A stretch of DNA of 64,000 bases from a bacterium (GTDB taxonomy: Bacteria > UBA8248), in assembly GCA_965203325.1 (NCBI GenBank), contig OZ241875.1, forward strand, positions 128,001-192,000, given 5' to 3'. Below, piece by piece: positions 60,076-64,000 of the stretch; the first letter of the stretch is position 1; the number at the start of each line of letters is the position of its first letter. The notes below the pieces were generated by a model. It had not been told where the DNA came from. It saw only the letters and a list, made by a program, of their open reading frames with translations, and did not search any database. Position numbers and translations under genes: made by a program.

Positions 60076-60497
60076 GGCCGCTCCCCGCTTTTATCAAGAA
60101 ACAGGGTGTGCAATGCGTCGAAGGCGCGAAGGTAATCTTTTCTGATCTCTTCGATGACGGCCTCGAACCTTTTGGGGTCATAGTTGTGCGACATCTTGTT
60201 GCGCGCATCGAGTGCGTCCATCCACGTTTGTCCATCCCCCAGCAGATTCGCTTCGAAGGCTTTCCGTATGACGACCCTGGGCGTTACCTGCTCAAAAGCG
60301 ACATTCTCACTCTCCAGATAGTCCTTCATAAGGTTCCAGGCCAGCGCGGTAGTATATCTAAATCGTTTGATAATTCCTTCTTTTTCAAGCTGGCTCGGTT
60401 CTCTTTCGTCCATCATTTCGATGGCTTCGCGCAGCAGGAAAAAAGCGCGCTTGTAATTCTCGAATCGGTATCGCCAGCGCGGGGTGTCGTCGCTCAC
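60072..60497 (-). CDS. HEPN / nucleotidyltransferase substrate-binding protein (HI0074 family)
   Basis: RWRYRF, EGIIKRF, PR.VIR, RNKMSH (RX4H); ATGA overlap with the MNT gene. Confidence 0.88.
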   Translation of the reverse strand: MSDDTPRWRYRFENYKRAFFLLREAIEMMDEREPSQLEKEGIIKRFRYTTALAWNLMKDYLESENVAFEQVTPRVVIRKAFEANLLGDGQTWMDALDARNKMSHNYDPKRFEAVIEEIRKDYLRAFDALHTLFLDKSGERP

Positions 60498-60695
60498 CGG
60501 GCTTCCCTCTCTTGAGCGTTCGCAGGGACTAGACGTATATCCAACTCGTGTGCACAACAAAACAACATGCTTCACGGAATAATGCGCGTCAAGTATATTA
60601 CTTTTCCGCGTTTCGCTATTTCATGACGCGAGGACTCCTGCCGACGTTCATTGCACAGGGGCCGTCCGCGTCCAAAACCTGGAGTTTATTCACTC

Positions 60696-61325
60696 ATGAT
60701 CTATGAAGTTCGCGCGTACACGTTCCCCTCGGGATTCGCCCAGGAAGGCGTCGAGGATTTCGGCAGGATCATCGAGAAAAGAGCCGCCATATCCCCTTTA
60801 ATCGGGTTTTTCATCTCCGCTATCGGCGGGCTGAACCGGATTCTCCACATCTGGGAGTACGAGAACTCCGCCCACCGGGAGGCGGCGCGCGCCGAAGCCC
60901 TCGCCCAGCCGTGGTGGCCCCCGCTCCAGGTGGATAAAATCCTCTACCAGCAAACGCGCATCATGCGGGCGGCGCCGTTTTGCCCCAAACCGCGGACGGG
61001 AGCGATGGGGAGCGTATACGAGATCAGGAGCGACGTGATGCTCACGGGCAAGATGGGGGCAATTTCCGCAGCGTGGGAGAAAAACCTGCCCGAGCGGGAG
61101 CGCCTCTCGCCCCTGGCGGCTGCGTTCGCCAACCCGGCGGGAGAGTTCGAATCCGGCATCCTGAACGAGTTTCTGCACATCTGGCCCTACCGGGACATGA
61201 ACCACTGGGCCGAGGTGCAACGGCAGGCCGAGGAACTTCCCGACTGGGGAAAAAGTTACAGACCATATCTTCGGAGCGAGACTTCTGAAATCTGGTATCC
61301 GGTGGCGTATTCACCCATGAAATAG
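60696..61325 (+). CDS. NIPSNAP family protein (two domains)
   Basis: IYEVRAY...HIWEY and VYEIRS...HIWPY. Confidence 0.88.
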   Translation: MIYEVRAYTFPSGFAQEGVEDFGRIIEKRAAISPLIGFFISAIGGLNRILHIWEYENSAHREAARAEALAQPWWPPLQVDKILYQQTRIMRAAPFCPKPRTGAMGSVYEIRSDVMLTGKMGAISAAWEKNLPERERLSPLAAAFANPAGEFESGILNEFLHIWPYRDMNHWAEVQRQAEELPDWGKSYRPYLRSETSEIWYPVAYSPMK

Positions 61326-61365
61326 CGGGGACCGCATTCGCGACCCCCGCCGGGTGATGGATAAA

Positions 61366-61440
61366 TGGAGCGGGAAACGGGATTTGAACCCGCGACCCCA
61401 ACGTTGGCAACGTTGTGCTCTACCACTGAGCTATTCCCGC
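61366..61440 (-). tRNA. tRNA-Gly (GCC)
   Basis: gcgggaatagctcagtggtagagc...aacgttGCCaacgtt...ggttcaaatcc...tcccgctCCA; upstream TTGACT-N16-TAAACT. Confidence 0.97.
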
Positions 61441-61522
61441 ATTGAACAACTCAAAAAGTTTACCCGACTCGCATCAAGAGTCAAGGGCTTCAGCGATTCG
61501 TCCGGTTCCATCCCGGTTATGC

Positions 61523-61802
61523 GGGGGTTGTGGAAAAAGCCCTGATGAAGGAGGGGTTGAGTCATCCGATGAAAGAGCAAGATTCACTCCCCCCTTGAGG
61601 GGGAGTCGATGAGGTGAGGGTGTAAACCCGAAACCGAATCGGTGGGGGGACATGCCACAAAGTAAACCTCCCCCCACCGCATCAGCCTTCGCACAAACCG
61701 CTCGGCTTCTGCGACTCCCCCTCAAGGGGGGAGTTGATTTGATATTCTCGTTGGTGAAGAGTGATCTTCGTAGGGGCCGCAACCGACTTTCTCAACACCC
61801 CC
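61523..61802. mobile_element. Non-autonomous MITE-like cassette 4
   Basis: Ends gggggttgtggaaaaagccc / gactttctcaacaccccc; inner perfect 23-bp IR at 61586-61608 / 61712-61734. Confidence 0.7.
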
Positions 61803-62541
61803 TTCGGGCATGAACCCGAACCGAAACGACCGGACGAAACGGAGCGTGGCCGGAAATTTCCACTTCCCGAAACCCTGCACCCTCCAGCAGGGATTCCCAT
61901 TCGGCCTCTTCGCAGACGCCGCCGAGCGATGCGTTCCAAGCCTGGGGGTCCTGAGCGATCTCGACCGGCAGTTCACCCTCGCGTATCAACTCACGGACCA
62001 CGAGGCGGCCGCCCGGCCTCAGAATCCTGTGCGCCTCGGTGAGCGCTTTCGCCTTGTCCACCGTGAGGTTGAACGACGCGTTGGCCAGCACGACGTCGGC
62101 GACCCCGTCGGCCAAGGGGAGGTTCTCCATGTCCCCGGCCAGCAGATGCGGGCGCGCGCCGCTGCGAACTCCCTCGAACGCCTCGCGCGCGCGGTGAAGC
62201 ATCTGGGGCGCGAAATCCAAAGCGAGCAGACTGGCGCCGGCATCGAGTCTCTCGCAAACGAGACGCGCGTCGAGTCCCGCGCCGCATCCAAGCTCCACGG
62301 CCGTGCGCACGCCTCCGAGATCGACGCCATCGAGCAGATACCCGCAGCCGCAATAAGAAGCCGAAACGCGCCCGGGCAGTCCGTCGATGAAGCGGGCGGG
62401 ATAGCCCGCCTCCCGTGCCCTGCCCGCACCGCCTTCGGGGAACGCATGCGCCTCGGCCAGATGAGCGTAGCGCTTTCTGACGAAGGATTTCACCTGCTGC
62501 TCCCACGCCCTCGGCCTCGCGCCATCGACGGTGACGGGCAT
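61792..62541 (-). CDS. SAM-dependent methyltransferase, arsenite methyltransferase (ArsM)-like
   Basis: SYCGCG, ELGCGAGLD, GDMENLPL, N..FNL..DK, ILRPGG. Confidence 0.8.
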   Translation of the reverse strand: MPVTVDGARPRAWEQQVKSFVRKRYAHLAEAHAFPEGGAGRAREAGYPARFIDGLPGRVSASYCGCGYLLDGVDLGGVRTAVELGCGAGLDARLVCERLDAGASLLALDFAPQMLHRAREAFEGVRSGARPHLLAGDMENLPLADGVADVVLANASFNLTVDKAKALTEAHRILRPGGRLVVRELIREGELPVEIAQDPQAWNASLGGVCEEAEWESLLEGAGFREVEISGHAPFRPVVSVRVHARRGC

Positions 62542-62548
62542 GGCCGGC

Positions 62549-63301
62549 CTAATGCGGCATGTGGGCCGGGTTCCAGAACTCCCCGGTCCGCACCATCTTG
62601 GCGATTCGCTCGCCGTGAGGCATCCAGCCGTTCTCGTTCTTCTTCGCCTGCGCTTCGCAGTCGTACGCCACGCGCTTGGTCTCGACGCGCCAATCGCCGT
62701 CGCCTAAGTATTCGACCACCGAATAAGCGGGGCGGTAGTCGCCGTCCCAGTTCATGCCGACCGCGGCGGTGCAGACGAGCGTCTGGCCGTCCACCTCGCG
62801 GACGTAGGGGCCGTGCACGTGGCCGAAGGCCATGATCTCCGCGTCCGTTCCCTTGATCTTCTCCTTCACCTCCTCGTCGGTGAACCTCAGGGGAATCGCG
62901 TCCTCGATGTCGTCGGGCGTGGCGTGGAAGATGTGGAAATCGTGCCACTTCTCGGGCGTGATCGTCATCGACCACATGAGGCCGTCGAGATAGTCGATCT
63001 GCCCGGCGGAGAGGCGCTCGCGCGTCTTCTTCACCATCTCGTAGAGCCAGACGTGGTGTTCGTTCTTGGGCGGGTCGGTCTCGTCTTTTCGCTTCGATAC
63101 CCACCAGTCGAGGTTCCCGGCGAGCACGTCCACGTCCTTGCGCCCCATGAAGCGCTCCACCACCTCGGCGGGTTCGGGGCCGAGCATCACCAGATCGCCG
63201 ATGACGATCTCACGGTCCGCGTTTTCCTTCGCCACGGCCTCCTGAACGGCGTCCAGAGGCGCAAGCTGGGCGTGAATGTCGGAATACAGAACAATCTTCA
63301 C
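62549..63301 (-). CDS. Metallophosphoesterase family protein
   Basis: SDIH, GDLV, GNLD, FHA, FGHVH. Confidence 0.88.
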   Translation of the reverse strand: MKIVLYSDIHAQLAPLDAVQEAVAKENADREIVIGDLVMLGPEPAEVVERFMGRKDVDVLAGNLDWWVSKRKDETDPPKNEHHVWLYEMVKKTRERLSAGQIDYLDGLMWSMTITPEKWHDFHIFHATPDDIEDAIPLRFTDEEVKEKIKGTDAEIMAFGHVHGPYVREVDGQTLVCTAAVGMNWDGDYRPAYSVVEYLGDGDWRVETKRVAYDCEAQAKKNENGWMPHGERIAKMVRTGEFWNPAHMPH

Positions 63302-63323
63302 GTCATTACCCTTTCCAAGTATC

Positions 63324-63368
63324 AAAAGAACGGGGCCGCCGCACCCGTTGGCGCGACGACCCCGATCC
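63324..63368 (-). terminator. Rho-independent terminator-like hairpin
   Basis: Minus strand cggggtcgtcgcgcc...ggtgcggcggccccg followed by ttctttt. Confidence 0.55.
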
Positions 63369-63387
63369 TTTGCTTGATGAAGCCTTA

Positions 63388-64000
63388 TTAAATCTTGCCG
63401 GCCTTGGCGAGCGCCGCTTTCGTCACGCTCGTGTCGACGATGTCCTCATAGGAGGGAACCTTGCCCTTGATTTTGCCGAGGCGCTTCATGTAGTCCGCCG
63501 TGAAAGCGACCGATGCCTTGGGGATGCCGTTGTTCACGCCCCAGATTTTCTCCGCCACGAAGACGTCGTAGGTCTTCGACATGATCTCGGGGTTTTTCTT
63601 GTAGACGGGACGCACCCATTTGTTCGCCGACTTGAGGTAGCCCGCCTTGTCCTTGTAGATAGAGCGGTTGGACTGCATCATCGCCATCGCGAAGCGCACG
63701 TAGGCGTCCTTGTTCGAGTTGATCTTCGAAGAGGGCGCGATGAACGCTCCGTAGAAGAAGTTCGGCATGGCCTTCCACAGGTCCATCAGCTTGTTGAAGC
63801 TGGGCTTTCTCTTCTTGACGACGAGGACCTGCTCGACGTGGATGACCACGGCGTCGGCCTTGCCCTTGAGCAGGAACGGAACGCGCGCCGGCGGCGGGGT
63901 CTTGATGTATTTCACGTCCTTGTCGGTCAGACCGGCGGTCGCCAGCACGGCGAGCGCGCCCAGGTGGCTGTATCCGCCGCGCCCCTCGATGCCGATGGTC
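63388..64000 (-). CDS. ABC transporter substrate-binding protein (SsuA/THI5-like), 5'-partial
   Basis: Frame open to the window edge (TIGIEGRGGYSH...AGLTDKDV, GKADA, YEDIVDTS). Confidence 0.75.
   Translation of the reverse strand, partial: TIGIEGRGGYSHLGALAVLATAGLTDKDVKYIKTPPPARVPFLLKGKADAVVIHVEQVLVVKKRKPSFNKLMDLWKAMPNFFYGAFIAPSSKINSNKDAYVRFAMAMMQSNRSIYKDKAGYLKSANKWVRPVYKKNPEIMSKTYDVFVAEKIWGVNNGIPKASVAFTADYMKRLGKIKGKVPSYEDIVDTSVTKAALAKAGKI

Noticed and set aside
55709..61440. tRNA-anchored genomic island or prophage
   Set aside because: No integrase, no phage structural genes and no duplicated tRNA 3' end seen
61792..61794. Selenocysteine read-through at the ArsM-like stop (GC-TGA)
   Set aside because: The TGA belongs to a repeat end, the domain is already complete, and downstream is non-coding repeat

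Overview
Gene-dense bacterial chromosome segment of about 60 CDS and one tRNA-Gly(GCC). Taxon cannot be fixed from sequence alone; the content would fit an uncultured Gram-negative lineage. Housekeeping genes: secA, lgt, degP-like, moeA, mobA, glnE, pckA. Transport: FutA/FbpABC-type Fe(III) ABC system behind a DtxR-family regulator, TctCBA, an MFS protein and a partial SsuA/THI5-like binding protein. There are many catabolic enzymes of unknown substrate and two toxin-antitoxin pairs (VapBC-like, HEPN-MNT). Highlights: (1) a GntR/FadR-led three-subunit 2-oxoacid:ferredoxin oxidoreductase with oxalate-oxidoreductase hallmarks but an apparently altered switch loop; (2) a DUF3179 selenoprotein split in the ORF track by an in-frame UGA (WUPLC) followed by a SECIS-like hairpin; (3) four 230-310 bp intergenic cassettes with shared terminal inverted repeats but different, nested palindromic cargo, one of which supplies a stop codon; (4) two small accessory modules bracketed by direct repeats; (5) a GC shift from roughly 45-50% to 60-65% near 16-17 kb, inside an apparent operon. 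No CRISPR array, rRNA, intact transposase or intact integrase was seen. All family assignments come from motif recognition by eye, not database searches.
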